A stretch of DNA of 64,000 bases, from the NCBI RefSeq assembly GCF_036321535.1, contig NC_087437.1, forward strand, positions 89,034,001 to 89,098,000. Direction: 5' to 3'. Of this stretch, positions 1 to 13,820 are shown piece by piece. Source of the DNA: Camelus dromedarius. Lineage: Eukaryota. A program made the position numbers and the translations under genes. The notes under the pieces were generated by a model. It did no database searches. It was not told the DNA's origin and saw only the letters and a program-made list of their open reading frames with translations. The stretch's first letter is position 1; every line of letters begins with the position of its first letter.

Positions 1-2309
1 ATTTTGTTTTCTCATGTCCTGAGGAGGAAAGGACATTAAAAAGTAATTTAGTTCAACTCTCTGGAATTATTATCCATCCTGATGAGAGATCATTTGTGCA
101 AAGAAAAAAATCTGTCTTGTATTTTTTCTAAGTCATATACTTCAAGAGATTATTTATCCACCTTTTCTCAATCCAATTACTTTTCTCCTGATGCACTGAG
201 AAATATGTTGAGAACATGAACATTTTAGTGAGAATCATGACTAGAAAAGGGAAGAAAGGAAAATTGTTTTCAGAAAATGGAGCACATCACAGGGAAACTG
301 ACCTGGGTTGGGAGAAGCCATTGAAGTCTTTAAGGAAATGCTTAACTAATTACTAAAAGGGGTGCCAGAAGAAAAGAAAGAAGAGGAAGAGAAGAGCTTT
401 ACATTTATCAAAAATTGTGCTGAAGTTTGCTTCTAGGCCATTTTCTGATTTCAGGACTAAGCCCAATTCAAAACTGTTTTCAAAATGAAGAGTGAGCCAT
501 AGTTTAAGAAGTTTAAAGGATTTTTTTCCTATACGCTAATAAACAAAAGTAAGCAGGTTGCCTTAAGTATTTTAGACATAGTCTAAGTGATTTTATCAGT
601 AATGGTAATAGTTTGTGTGGAGTAAGAAAACTAAAAATATACAGTTTAATTTCTCCTGACCTCATAAAATCTAATATTTTAAATAGACTTTAGCAATGTT
701 CCCAGAGAAAAGGAATCTGTTTCTGCTAGTGGGTTTAATTAGCGTAAAATAGTATCCACATAATATTCACCAGCTGTAGATCAGGAAATTATTTATTTCT
801 TTGAGTTGATGAAATTGATGTTTTTTTTAATATTTTTTTGGACAAACACTTCTGATTTATTATATTTTAACACATATCTGCTTTCCAAGTAGTCATATAC
901 TCTATAATTTCAGGATGAGTTTTATTACTGTTAGTAAAAGAGGAAGAAATGAATGGTGGCTGAAGTTTGAGTAATGAACACTATCTGAATGACCTGAGGA
1001 TGGGTCTAGAGCCCTGATCCATAGCTCACAGATCAGGTCTAGCCACACAACCATGACCAGGTCTTTGCAGGTATGTTGCAGAAGTCATCATTCAACCACG
1101 TTGATTTTCATTTAAATCACTGGAGTCTCTTTGGGGTTCAAGTAGAACTTTCTGTAACATTAAAAGAATATCCTTTCGATGACTGGATTTTACAGCTGTA
1201 TGCTCTGGCCAGGTAGATTGTAGTTAATTACACTCTAGACTAGAAATAGCAAATTGGTGTTCTGTAAATTTCCACTGCCAAGTCATAGGTTGTGTGCGCC
1301 TCTGAAATACTTATTTAAAGGCTGAAGAGCCCTTAACTAACACAGTACTCAGTATTTAAACAAACAAATATTAAAAGGAGTACAGAAAATACATGTAGAG
1401 CTTTCTGATTGTGTTTGTTTATGGGCCTTAAACTACCCATAAACATTGTCTGTTACAACTACACAAAATAGAAAGAATGAAGTAGAGTTGTTTCTCTGAA
1501 TTTTCTTTTTGAAATTTTTTTATTGTTACAGAAATACTTAACAAAATATGACCTTATATGTGAGTTCTTAATTAACTCAACATGATGTTTATAACATCTA
1601 ATAAAAAACTTTAACTTTGTTTTTGAACAGAAATTACCCAGAATAAACTCTACATGTAATCAATCAAATTCTGTAATTCTGAGGAAGGTCCCCTGGGCCT
1701 TGTAAAATGCTCATGCATTTATTAAACACTTAAGTCACACACTTCTACACTATTAGTTTGGCCAGCTGTGTAGCTGTTTATCCTCTTATATGGAATTCCT
1801 GAGAGAACAAGCATGTTCTTGTTGACATCCCTTAAACTTCTGCTGCCCCATAGGGGTTCAAAGCAATGAAGCGAGAAATTGAGTTGAGGGAGTGGAGAGG
1901 ACTCCTGACAATATCAGCAAACTGCTTTGTGCTAATCATCAGACATGGCTTTGGATGCGTCCGGGTCCTAACTGTGCCTCTTGTGATGGTTCTGTTAACC
2001 TGATAGGCATGATCCGATTGTATCCACAACTGCCAGTTAAAAAGTAGTGGGAAAAAATAAGCATTTATTTCTGCATTGTATGTATAGCATAACAAATATG
2101 CACTTTGACTCTTTTCCAACAAACCAACCGGCTGAAAATCAAGTAAACATAGATGTGATTAGAATGGAAGTATTGTCTTCAAAAACTAACACCCTAAAAT
2201 GTAAAACCAAATAAATAAATAGTCGGGAGCCTCATATATAACCTTTAAGTAAGAACATATGTACACTATTACAGTGCCAAAAACTTACGTATAGTACTTA
2301 TTTTCTTTC

Positions 2310-2480
2310 TTTATTCATTCTACTTAAAAAAAAACTATATGATGAATTCTATTATAGATTCTATAGGATATAGTGGAAGGTAAATCAAGACTTCTGACTT
2401 CATGAGCTTATAATCTAATGAAGTAATAAGATACTAAAAGCAATGAATACTAAATACATAAACTGAAAACAAGACAAAGT
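2310..2480 (-). mobile_element. L2 LINE 3' fragment (degenerate)
   Basis: ttattcattc...gacttcatgagcttataatctaatg resembles the reverse-complemented L2 3' end; boundaries approximate. Confidence 0.5.
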
Positions 2481-4301
2481 GCTGATTTGTGGAGTCACTG
2501 AAGAATCAAGATAATCTTGATTTAAATTAACAGGGTCTGCACCTTTAAAATTAGTCTGTCCCTATGAAAGGTACATGAAGAAATATCTGTATTTTAATTT
2601 AAAAAAAAACTGAATGTGTTAGTGTCTGAAAATAAGGTTGTCTATTTTCCCAAGTGGGAGCATCATGAAAAGCAAATAGGGAAGACCTTTTCAAATCTCT
2701 AATCTTTTCTGATGCCATACTTTCAAAATGGCCTAAGATTCATGGTAGAAAGATAAGTCACTGATAAAAGAAGTAATTTATAGAGTGTAGACAGATGCTT
2801 TTACAATAGTTATCTTTCTGGATGCATCTGCTTGGTGTGTTTCTTACATTTCCAACAAAAGGTGGCATTTTGGGCTGTAATTCTGTCATCTAATCACATG
2901 GAAACCTGCCAATTCATATTAACATCTTGACATCTTATTGCCATAAACTTATTATAAATTCTTCTAATGTAAGATGGATTTAAATTCATGGAGTTGAACT
3001 CTTTGTTGTGTATCCATTAAATGCCTGATCCTTTGTGCCTTGTATCAGCAAAACTTTCAGTCAAGTAAATAAGCTGTTGGCCAGAATACGAATTATAGAT
3101 TAGGCCCTGAAAGGTTAACAGTTTGCTATTTGGGATGCAATTGAAAAGCTAGAGAAAACAAAAAGAATAAATGTGAGTTAAATTCTTTTGTATTAACTTG
3201 TACACCAGGTAACTGACATGTCAAGCTCCTTATATGTAGACATTAGCCAGTGGAGATGCAATGGATTCCTATTACCATGATACAGTTCTTCCGTTGTTTA
3301 ACAGAAGATGTTAACCTTTCAATTGCTATAAAGTTAAAGGTTTAGCCTGGAAGCCTATCTCTAGACAAAAAGAAAAACCATTATCTGAGGCTGTAACAAG
3401 GCTCATCAAATGGCTGGAAGTGCTCCAGAGACACTCTCAGGTGCATCAGGATATGGCATAAGGAAAATGTCACCATGATATCTTATCTGTGTTGCAAATG
3501 ATTAAAGAACTATGAACTTAGCTCTAATGCAATATGTAATAAACATATTGAATGCACATCAATGAATGTGTAACAAGAGGCTCCCTATCTAAAGGGTCAT
3601 CAAAAATCTTCTCTAAAAAGAATAATCATTTTTCAACAATTTGTATTAATGTTCACTTGGGTAATTTAAAACAATAGAACACATTTATTTTTATTATTAT
3701 GTATTTGTGTCAAGGACAAAATTAAGTTTGGGACAAAATTATCAATTGCTACTTATTCATAAATTCTGGCAAAGGAACCCTTGGTATTAAGAAAGGAGAA
3801 TACATTTTATAAAGTAAAAAGAGGAAATATTCATAAAATCTTTGGTTGTAGCAGTTGTTCTATGAAGGTGGAATTTTTCGAAGTTGGGGTTGAAGGAATT
3901 TCAAACTAATCTTCAAGAATATGTGTAGCCTTTGGTTGGTGGCAAAAGACCCATTTAGAAACATTTTAAAGGAAAAAGGCTTGTTCATTGTTGTGGGTGA
4001 GGATTTTCTGTGGCCAGCAATTTATGGACCAAGCTCAGGTCAATAGGGTGCTTTTTGGAGGTCAAACTTTCATAATGGTTTCTACTGGGAGAGGGGAGTG
4101 TGACTGCCATGACAGGCAGTTTTTTATTTGTTAAATTTGATAAGCTTCTTTGTTGAGTTTATATTTCTTGAAAATACAGTGAGCGATTTGAGGTTAGAAA
4201 TTGATGGCCATCTCTCTCCAAACCTATTGATGACAAGGAAAAGTCACCCTGCAATTAAAGCAGACAGAGAGTACTTTTAATGTATACTTAAAACTGAAAA
4301 G

Positions 4302-4302
<1 letters not shown>

Positions 4303-4351
<49 letters not shown>
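4303..4351. repeat. compound (TA)n(CA)n(TA)n microsatellite
   Basis: seen directly. Confidence 0.97.
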
Positions 4352-4352
<1 letters not shown>

Positions 4353-4629
4353 GCTTATTAGAAGGAAAATAAAAATCATGATTTAAAATGTCTAGCTCTA
4401 TAATTATTTTTGTTGCTGTAAGCTGAAAATAGAACATATATTTTGTCATATCAAACCAAACTCTTTTTCTATTCCTCAGTATATAAGAAGTATCCACCAT
4501 TTGAATCACTATAAAAATAAGAAAATACAATAAAGTTGTCACTTAAAAGCAGCCCTCTCAAGATGACACATCCTCCTCCCTCTCTTTACCTCTGCAAGTA
4601 AAAATTGTTTTTCTAAGTCAGAAAATTAA

Positions 4630-5200
4630 TCAGTGAATCAACAAGTACTTAATAGCAAGGTACTTTGCTAGGTGATGTGAACAACCAGAGTGATCCCTGC
4701 CTCAAGACAAGACCTATATGTACACACAAAAAAATAAGAAATATTTTTTAAAAGAATAGAGTTGTGTTGACTGAGTTTTGCAGTGAGTATAGATGAGTTG
4801 GGAGTGAACAATAACAAAGCATGAGTTACTGTGAGGTTGGAAGAAGCACTGCTGAGTTCAAGGTGGCTTGCAGGCGCTGTATGAAGTGGATTATGAAGAG
4901 CCTAGTAACATCTCTGTGGAATGGCTTCAACAAGATTCCACTTAGTACATGGATGTCTAAATGAAAATGTGAATAATAAATGAATTGCTGCCTGGGAGAA
5001 TGGTGGAATTCCAAGAGAACAGAGCAGAATGATGAAGCAAGAGGTAAGAGTATGACATTTTTGTTTGAGACAGATTAATCTGGCTTATATTACATCTTTG
5101 TATGAAAGCTTGTGAGATGAAGTTGAAAAACTGATTGAGGCATTACTGCCAATGCTAAATAGATAAGACTTTACCCAGAAGTTAAGGCTTGTCTGTGGAA
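4630..5200 (-). mobile_element. L2 LINE fragment
   Basis: aatcaacaagtacttaatagc...tactttgctagg...tccctgcctcaag and later motifs resemble the reverse-complemented L2 3' region. Confidence 0.55.
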
Positions 5201-5298
5201 TGATTGTGTCCCTCAGAGCCTGGCCTCCTCATTTCACACTTAGTCTTCCTTGATGATCCCCTCCATTGCCCAAAGTTCAAACATTGGTTTTCCTTATC

Positions 5299-6031
5299 TT
5301 TTTGAAGTGTATTCCATTACAATATGTCAATTTCTGGTGAATAGCATAATATTTCAGTCATACATATACATACTTATATTCATTTTTATATTCTTTTTCA
5401 TTATGAGTTACTACAAGGTACTGAATATAGTTCCCTGTGCTATACAGAAATTTGTTGTTTATCTATTTTATATATAGTAGTTAATATTTGAAAATCTCAA
5501 ACTCCTAATTTATCCCTTTTCATCCCTTTTTCCCCCAGTAACCGTAAGTTTCTTTACTATGTCTGTGAGTCTGTTTCTGTTTTGTAAATTCATTAGTGCT
5601 TCCCTTTTCCTTTTTTCTTTATTTTAGATTACACATATTAGTGATATCATATGGTATTTTTCTTTCTCTTTCTGGCTTACTTCACTTAGAATTATGATCT
5701 CCGGATCCATCAATGTTGCTGCAAATGGCATTATTTTATTTTTTTTATGGCTGAGTAGTATTCCATTGTATAAACATACCACAGCTTCTTTATCCAGTCA
5801 TCTGTTGATGGACATATAGGTTGTTTCCATGTCTTAGTTATTGTAAATAGTGCTCCTATGAACATTAGGGTGCATTTATCTTCTTGAATTAGAGGCCCCT
5901 CCAGACATATGCCCAGGAGTGGGATTGATGGATCATATGGTAAGTCTATTTTTAGTTTTTTGAGGAATCTTAATGGCTGCACCAAACAGCATTTCCACCA
6001 GCAGTGTAGGAGGGTTCCCTTTTGTCCACAC
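5299..6031 (-). mobile_element. young lineage-specific L1, 5'-truncated (ORF2 C-terminus + 3'UTR)
   Basis: Minus-strand ORF 5731-6120 contains [69 protein letters not shown], the classic L1 ORF2 C-terminus; its 3'UTR is shared with copies at 24604, 51763 and 54627. Confidence 0.97.
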
Positions 6032-6500
6032 TTCTGTATGCTCACAGGCTCACATGTGCATATTCCTGGCTGGTATATGCAAATGTATATTTTAGATCCA
6101 CCTGCATGTCCTAGAAACATTTCAATCCCAACATATCTAAAGTATACATATTATATTTCCTTATATATTTTCTTCTCTCTTTTTGCTTCCTATTTTAGTA
6201 AATGACATACCTAGTGTTTGCTCTTGACTTTTACTTTGTCCTCACTCTCAAATCCAATATATTATCATGTACCATCAATTTTACCTCCAGCATACATTTC
6301 AAGTGCATTAAGTTTTTTCTCCAACCCCTCTGCCACAAATTAGATAAGGCTCTATTTATCTTTTGTGTTGTTGACTACTGCAGACTCAGCCTCTAAATTG
6401 GTTCCTCTGCCTTTAGTCTTGTCCTCTTCTTGATTCTTCTTCATACAGATAGTATAGTCTCCAAGAAAGCATATCTGATATCACATGCATAGATTAATTT
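6032..6500 (+). mobile_element. L2 fragment, apparently interrupted by the young L1 (left part about 5230-5290)
   Basis: tccacctgcatgtcctagaaacatttcaatcccaacatatctaaa...gactactgcag...tggttcctctgcc are L2-like motifs. Confidence 0.6.
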
Positions 6501-7149
6501 CAGAAATATTAAATATGGAATGTAAAATTTCCATAAATAAGTTAGGCATTATTAAAGTTAAGCATGACTATACAGAATCCCCCAAAATAATCAGAATGAT
6601 TATACTGTAGTTTGGTGCAGCCATTATGAAAAAGGCAACAAACTCATCCTTGCCCCTTAAACCCTCCATCCTTTACACGTGTTCAACTTTATTTACCTGG
6701 ATTGCTTTTTTCTACAAGATCTACTTGTCAAGTGCTCTCTTCTTCCATTAGGATTTTTAATAATATTAACAACAGCATTTGAAAAAGCACAATAACAGTA
6801 TTACCTTTAATTTTATATGCTCATTTACAATTCCCAAATGCTTTCTCAAAAATATAACCTTCATTAGTTAGGACGACTACATGAGCAATGCTTAGGGATG
6901 ATTTCATGTCTCAGAGAAATTAAGTTTCTTGTACAAGGTCACACAGCTATTAAAAGGTCACACGCCTCCTATTTCCCCACCCCTCATCATGAGGTTTCTC
7001 TCTGGAGCTCTCTTGTCTCAAAGTTCATGGCATTTTGTTTCTAAACTTTTATGGCACTTCATAATAAAAATTCCTTACATTTTAGGCAGTGCTTTCCTGT
7101 TTGCAAAACAATTTTCTCACGCTAAATTCTCATTTGTCTTTTTAATACC

Positions 7150-8030
7150 TGTTTTATGTTAAAATAGTTTTAGATTTACAGAAAAACTGTAAAGATGGTA
7201 AAGAGGGTTCCCATACGCACCACACTTAGTTCCCTGTATTATTAATATCTTACATTAATATGGTACAGTTTTCACAATAAATGAAGCAATATTGGTACCT
7301 CATTATTAACTAAAGCTATGCTTTACTAGAATTTCCTTTTATTGTGTTTAATTACTTAGATTTTAACCTAGTATCCTTTCTGGTTTCCATGAACTGATCC
7401 AGGACATGACATGACATTTAGTCCTCACTTCTCTTTAGGCTCCTCTGGCTGTGATGGTTTCCCAGACTTCCCTTTTTGATGTTCTTGGTGGTTTTGAAGA
7501 CTGCTGATCTGGGGTTTCATAGAGGGTCCTTCAGTTGTGGTTTGTCTGTTGTTTTACTCATGATTTTTCTTAGGTTTTGGTTTTTGGGAAAGCTCCCAGA
7601 CATAAGTGCCATCCTCGTCACATCATGGCAAGAGTACGTACCATCAATACAACTTACTGTTGCAGATGTTAATCTTTGTCATTTGGCTGAGTTTTTGTCA
7701 TTGTTTGTCAAGTAGCTGTAAAATTACTATTTTCCCCTTTCTGTACTGTCCTCTTTGAGTGGAAGTCACTATGCACAGCCTGTACTTGAGGAATGAGCAG
7801 AGTTATGGTCCACCTGCTGGAGGAAAGAGTATCTAAATAAATTATTTGGAATTGCTCTGCATGGGAGATTTGTCTATTATCCCCATTTATTTATTTATAC
7901 ATTCAATCATTTATTTATATTAGTATGGACTTACGGATATTTAGTTTACTTTGGATTATAATTCATATTATATTTTGTCACTCAAATTGTTCTAGCTTTG
8001 GCCTTTGGGAACTTTCAGTTGGCTGTCATT
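7150..8030 (-). mobile_element. old L1 3'UTR (L1MC/L1MD-like)
   Basis: ttttagatttacagaaaaactgtaaagatgg...cttacattaatatggtac...aaattgttctagctttggcc match L1MC-type 3' ends. Confidence 0.85.
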
Positions 8031-8513
8031 TCTCTTTCATTCTTACAACTTCTTGCAGAAGCTCCATCATTCTTTACTTCCCTTAGGAGACTGTTTCTCC
8101 GTCCTCATTTTTTGTGATGTAAAAAAAAGTATAAACTACCTAGCAAGCTAAACCACCTCTGTCCCCTAACCTGAGCTCTCCTGTGTCAGTTTCCAAACAC
8201 AAAGGAAACTAATGTGAATGAATCCCATACAGCTCAGGTGTGGCATTAATTTTTGTCATATTTTCTCATTCTTCCTCTTTTTTGTTTTAGTAAATCTTTG
8301 CCCTTGGATGTTGGAGTGTTTTATATGTTTTGTTATTCCCATAAACTATCTTAGTACAAAATATGCACTTAATCCCCTGTGAACATTTATTGATATGTGA
8401 GGAAAGCGAAGTGGTGATACTGAGAAAAAAATAAGACCCTTCCTTTACGAAATTTGCTGCAATGAACTGATTTGAGGATCATATCAATTAATTCCTCAAC
8501 AATATAGAATAAT

Positions 8514-8658
8514 CACTGGTTCTCAAACTTCAGTATATATCAGAATCATCTGGAAATCTTGATAAAATAAGTAGCTGGACCCCACGTCTAGAGTTTCTGA
8601 TTCAATGGATTTTTCATGATGCCCAAAAATACGCGTTTCTAACGAGTTCCCAGGTGAA
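8514..8658. mobile_element. MER5A (hAT-Charlie) fossil, one end missing
   Basis: cactggttctcaaactt...cagaatcatctgga...gagtttctgattca...tttctaacgagttcccaggtga. Confidence 0.85.
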
Positions 8659-8664
8659 TCTAAC

Positions 8665-9045
8665 AAGTTCCTAGGGCTGTCATGATAAAATGCCACAGAC
8701 GGGGTGGCTTCAACAACAGAAGTTTGCTTTCTCACAGTTCTGGACACTTGAAGTCCAAGATCAAGTTAGTGTGGTTAGTTTCTTGAGGCCTCTCTCCTTG
8801 GCTTGCAGGTGACCACCTTCTCACTGTTTCCTCAAATACTCTTTCCTCTGTGCACACCTCTGTTTGATGTCTCTCATCTCCATTTCTTGTAAGGACATCA
8901 GTCAGACTGGATTAGGGCTCAGTCTAATAGCCTCATTTTAACTTGATCACCTCTTAAAAGACTTAATCCCCAAATATGAGGTATGAGGATTAGGGCTTCA
9001 GTATATGAGTGTGGGGGGGGGGGGGATACAATTCATCCCATAACA
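8665..9045 (-). mobile_element. MaLR solo LTR (MLT1B/C-like)
   Basis: agggctgtcatgataaaatgccacagacggggtggcttcaacaacag...ctcacagttctgga...gtccaagatcaag; ends attcatcccataaca; internal G-run at 9013-9025. Confidence 0.9.
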
Positions 9046-10477
9046 TGATTATATGAGTTTTGGGCATTACTGGCTTAAATCATCAAGTAAAGCCAAGGAT
9101 TTGCTAACAAAAACTGAAAAATCATCTGGATAAGTTATGGTGACAACGCCAGCAAGGACAGAGAAGATGACTTCCAGATAGGAAAGCTCCTCTTGGCCAA
9201 CATTGACTGAAAATGACAATTACAGACCAGGGGGTTGGGGGGAAATGCTGAGCTGGTATGGAGAAAATGCTTATCTCTCACCTTTCATGGATTCAGGATC
9301 AAGAGAAGGGTTATATCCACCTGAGGGATGTTCAAAGGCACTAGAAGCTCTCAGTCTTTATAAATGATTTATCAATTCACTGCTTAATGTATTAGTTTTT
9401 GCTTTTTTCTTATGGCTTTCTGTAGATTCTTCTAAAAGGTGTTTATGACTGGAGGACACTGGGCTCTCCAGACCTAATCTCTGTGACATTTGTGTTGGTA
9501 GGACTATAGGTACCATGCCAATTGAGGAATGCTTTGTTCCATAGAGTTTTTCAGCATAGTTGTAGCAGAGGTTTCTTCAAAGAGGTGAGCAAGTATCTTT
9601 GCCAATTCCTGATGAGATCAGTTCACACCCTGAAGTTATTGGCCCTTGGGAATACATGTCAAATGTAGGGGTCACCAGTTTAGTGTCCTACTTGGCTTAG
9701 AGTTCAAGTTTTAGAAATCTTCTTTCTCAAGTGAGCAAGGCCAGATCCATTGAAAGCCAGTCTCTTGGACACTTGAAATTAGCAAGTGTCAACATTGCAA
9801 ATTCTGGATTTTGTTCTGACCCCTAAGGATTTATCTTAATTTCTCAGATGCTTAATTATACAGTTAAAGAAGATGGTTGTGTGTGTATGTGTCATTAGTT
9901 TCTTTATATTACTTTCATCATGGCCAAGTTTTTTAAAAGTGGTGTCTATGCTTGCTGACTCCTCTTTATGATCTTTGATTTGATTCAGTCTTAATTAAAT
10001 GTGGAAGGGACCTCAGTGGTTATGTATTTCAAACTGTACTTGTAGTAAGGGTCAGAGGTTGGTGGAAACCCCAGCATCACTGAGGCCAGGGAAGAAGAGA
10101 TGTATTGCAGAAGAAGCATTTGAAAAACTTTTACAAGTGTCAAAGAGAAATCAGTGAAAACTAATTTTATTACCTTCACAAATCTATTTCAAATGTATAC
10201 TTGTGTGCATGTGTATGCATGTGTGTGGGCAGATGGAAGGTGAGGAGGAATGTATCTCCTAAACAGGAAACCTCAGAGGCACAGCTGACGCTTCCGTCAT
10301 TTCCATACCCAAACAATCACAGAATGTTAAAATTCAAACTTCTGATAGATTCTGAATCCAATCTAATTCGTTCCCACAGTTACATGCAGCTTTTAGCAAC
10401 TCTCGCCTTATTTCTCAGGCTTGTAGCTTTATCTCTTAGATCAAGTGTCAGTATCATATCCTTTATTGTGTATCTTT

Positions 10478-10540
10478 TCCCACAAAGCTTAAACTATTTA
10501 TTATCTGGCTCAGTAGAAAAACATTTGCAGACATCTGCTC
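10478..10540. mobile_element. MER58-like (hAT) terminal fragment
   Basis: ccacaaagcttaaactatttattatctggc...gaaaaacatttgcagacatctg resembles the MER58 end. Confidence 0.65.
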
Positions 10541-12924
10541 TAGATTAATAGAGTGGTTCCTTAAACTGTTATTTTGGCCTCCTGTTCTCTCCACTCCCAA
10601 CTATTCAATTTGTTGCCTACCACATAACAACACTGGATTCTCAGCTCTCTAGGCCCATGGCATGATCACTTCTAGCTACCTCGTTTTCAACCTCATCTCA
10701 GCTTCTCTCTTCTGCTTATTCTATAGCTTAGTAATCCTAAACAATTTGGAGTTCTGGGAATCTACCATGTTCTCTCACATGCTCACTAATTCCTCAGCCT
10801 AGAATGGGCTTCATCTTTTGTTCAGTTCAAACGTTGTTAATCGTCTTTCAGCAGATGTGTGTCAGATGACTGTGTCCTCTCTAAAGTCTTCAAAGTTTTC
10901 TGGAAAGACAGAAAAGTGAAGTCGTTGAGAGCATGGATTTAGGAGCCATGATGCCTGAGCCTCACTATTCACTAACTCTCATGCATAGACTCCTTTTTTG
11001 CAAAATAAGAGTGATGAAGATAAGGCTGACTAAGAAGAAAGGCACTTGGTTTTCATTTGCCCTTTCTCTTTGCTGGCAGAGTAAACACAGAGAACGTAGA
11101 GAAACTGACATCACTGCATTGAGAAAAAAACTACATGAGCAAATAAATGTGTATATCTTTGCAAAAATACAGAAAGGATAAAGATGAGAAAAAAAGAAAC
11201 ACAAAAATGTATAACAGAAGTTTCAAAATGTGACAACCTATCAGATTCAGGTCACACAGAGAAGTCTTCAATTACAGGTGAAATATCCATCTGAAGCATT
11301 TCTTCCTCCTGTAGACATGGTCTCAATTTTCCATTTGAACAGTTGACCTTTCATTAACTGTAGAACTTTGTGCTACGTTTATATTGCTATCCTCTCACAT
11401 CATTCTGACTGCGTTTAGACTCAATTTATTCACAATCAGATGATGGGGTTAGGAGAAAACTGAATTGCTTTAGCTCTGGCTTCTTAACCAACCTACATCA
11501 GTAAGTTTTTTTATACTAAAATAAGTAAAGGATTGCTCAAGAGTTGGGTCCAGGTTTGCAGATTACCTGTCATCTATCTATCTATCTTTCTACCTATCTT
11601 CATCATCATCATTATCATTTGTGTGTATGTATGTGGTATATATTCTGATAATAAGAACTCAGATTGCTGATTTTGTTAGTATTTTTTTATATGGACTAAG
11701 GTAGATTACTTTGGTTGTGCTTTTGTTCCAAAGAATTTTTCCCTCCTCAGCTGTTAAAAAAGAGGGACGTATACTTATACAGTCACATAAAATCCCACAT
11801 ATATACCTACACAGATATACACATGTTAACATTTACCAGAAGGCATTACCTCTTGCCTTTTTCATGCAAACTTAGTAATTGTGCTGTTTAATGCATTTGA
11901 TCATGGGCCATGTCTAACTGCTAAGCATTCTTTTCCTTTTAAGGAGATAAAAATTCTTTGTTGTCTTTATTTAAACTTTACAAACTGATAGAGTGTCATT
12001 AGTATTAGATAAATAATTTTTTTCTGTTGTGTGTATAAATCCTATTTTCCTTTCTATTGTTCTGTTTATAGGCTAGCATAAAAATCCATTAAAATGCATC
12101 AAAAACCCTTTGATCCTTTGATCCCAGGACTTCAGATTCTTTTTCTTTTTCAATTGTTGACAGCCAAAGTTGGAACTGGTTTCTTTCCCTTTAAACTGAT
12201 GGAAAAGAATAAGAACAGAGCTCCAAGTCAGAAACATAAAAATCAGTGAGAAATGAGAGGAGCTATTTCAGATGTGCTGTCACAACCACATTCAACAGAA
12301 TCTTACCAAGTTATTTGGGTTAGTGGTTTAAAAACATTCCACTAATTTCTGTGGAAAACTAAAAGAATGAACTATAAAGAAACAGAAAGCTATCTTTACA
12401 GCTTTGCTAATTTTAAACAGAGTAAAATGTATCACAGTAGGTAATACACTTCATCATGTTCTTTCTTGCTGATACAAAGAAGTCCAATGAAAATTGTTGC
12501 TAATTATCAGACTATTAATACTATAATATCACTCAGAAACTTTCATTAGCTGCATCCAAACTGATCTGTTGTTTTCTTCTCACCACTGCTAGCTCTTTCT
12601 ACTTTATCATGAATGGCCTATGAGAATGTGTGGTTAGATGAAACTTCTTGAGAGATTTGTACTATGAATGCAAAATTACATGAGTTTTCTTGGACTCAAA
12701 GTGGCTATAACAGGGCCATGTATGGACAAAGTTCCTTTTGACAAAACAGACCCAAACATATATAATCAGCCAGAGAATAAATCTAAATTCTTCTGAAAAC
12801 AAAGCAAATTCAAGATTAAAAGAAGGAGGGGAAATATTTTTGCATATTCATTAGGTATATCTAAATCATATCAGACCTTTCCCATATATTTGTCTTTTTA
12901 AAAAACATCATAATAAATTAGTAT

Positions 12925-13397
12925 AAGACAAAGGATGAAAATAAGGAAGGAGGTTATTAGGTATGCCGCTGTAGGCAACAGTGGGCCACACAGATGAGAG
13001 GTGTCTATGTGTGCACTGAGGGTCTGTAGCTGAGGTCTTTTTGTAAGAGAGAAGGGAGAGTAACTTTTAACTCCTTGTGCTTACGTGACATCTGGCACAA
13101 AGTGGGTTGCAAGGTGAGTGCTCAGCTCATGCACAGTCCTCATTGGTTGATTTGAGGTAACAGGGAATGGAGCGGGTCATGAAAGGATAGGGCCAGGGAG
13201 TTTGGTAGGGGCTGTGGCCAGTCCTGGTGTTCAGGCTTCCAGGTATTGTATAGAAGATCATTGTCTCACTAAGGCAGGTATGTACTAGGAAAGGAATGTT
13301 CTTTGTTATCTTCAAAGGGCAGCAGCCAGGCACCTGAGGGGTCCTGAAGCAGAGGGACCTTGGAGCAGGAATCTGCCAGATGTCTGTGGACCCCACA
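12925..13397 (-). mobile_element. ERV solo LTR (ERV1-like), left end truncated; same family as 34802-35292
   Basis: Colinear similarity to 34802-35292 (gggccacacaga.gagaggtgtct; taaggcaggtatgta.taggaaaggaatgttctttgtta; ccttggagcaggaatctgccaga); ends ..ccccaca. Confidence 0.9.
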
Positions 13398-13540
13398 TTT
13401 AACATTTTGAGCTTCAGTCTCTTTATCTCTCAAATGGATTAATAATGCCTAGATTAAGAACTGGCTGTAATGTTTAGTAAAATGCTGAATATTCTGTGAG
13501 TGATACATAGGATGTCCTCAGAATGGTGGTTATAATTATG
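13398..13540 (+). mobile_element. MIR fragment
   Basis: tgagcttcagtctctttatctctcaaatggattaataatg resembles the MIR core. Confidence 0.65.
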
Positions 13541-13820
13541 AATATTGCTGTAGATAATTACAGGTAATTAATTATATATACATATAAATAATCTGATTTG
13601 GCAAATGTTACAATAAAGGAAACATTAGGTGGAATTAGCCAAGCTACTAACTTCTTCCCCTACCTTCATGTAACCTTGATGTGCCCTGTGCGTTATTCTA
13701 GCTTGAATTTGGTCACTCCTTCAAATTCTTCCCCAACAGCTTCACTCCCAACAGAGCTCATCAGGATCGGCTGATCTCTGGAAAAACTGAAAGTGCCCTC
13801 ATACCAGCTTTGTGGGCAGG

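Noticed and set aside
1832..2122. 96-aa ORF with RTRTHP, reminiscent of the CR1 RTRGH motif
   Set aside because: The downstream FF..R....WN motif is absent, so the evidence is insufficient; more likely non-coding unique DNA.
3708..4235. Possible old LTR bounded by TGTCA...TGACA
   Set aside because: No TSD, and I could not match it to a family.
5731..6120. 129-aa ORF as a gene
   Set aside because: It is an L1 ORF2 C-terminal fragment with an internal deletion, and its N-terminus is read from flanking L2 DNA.
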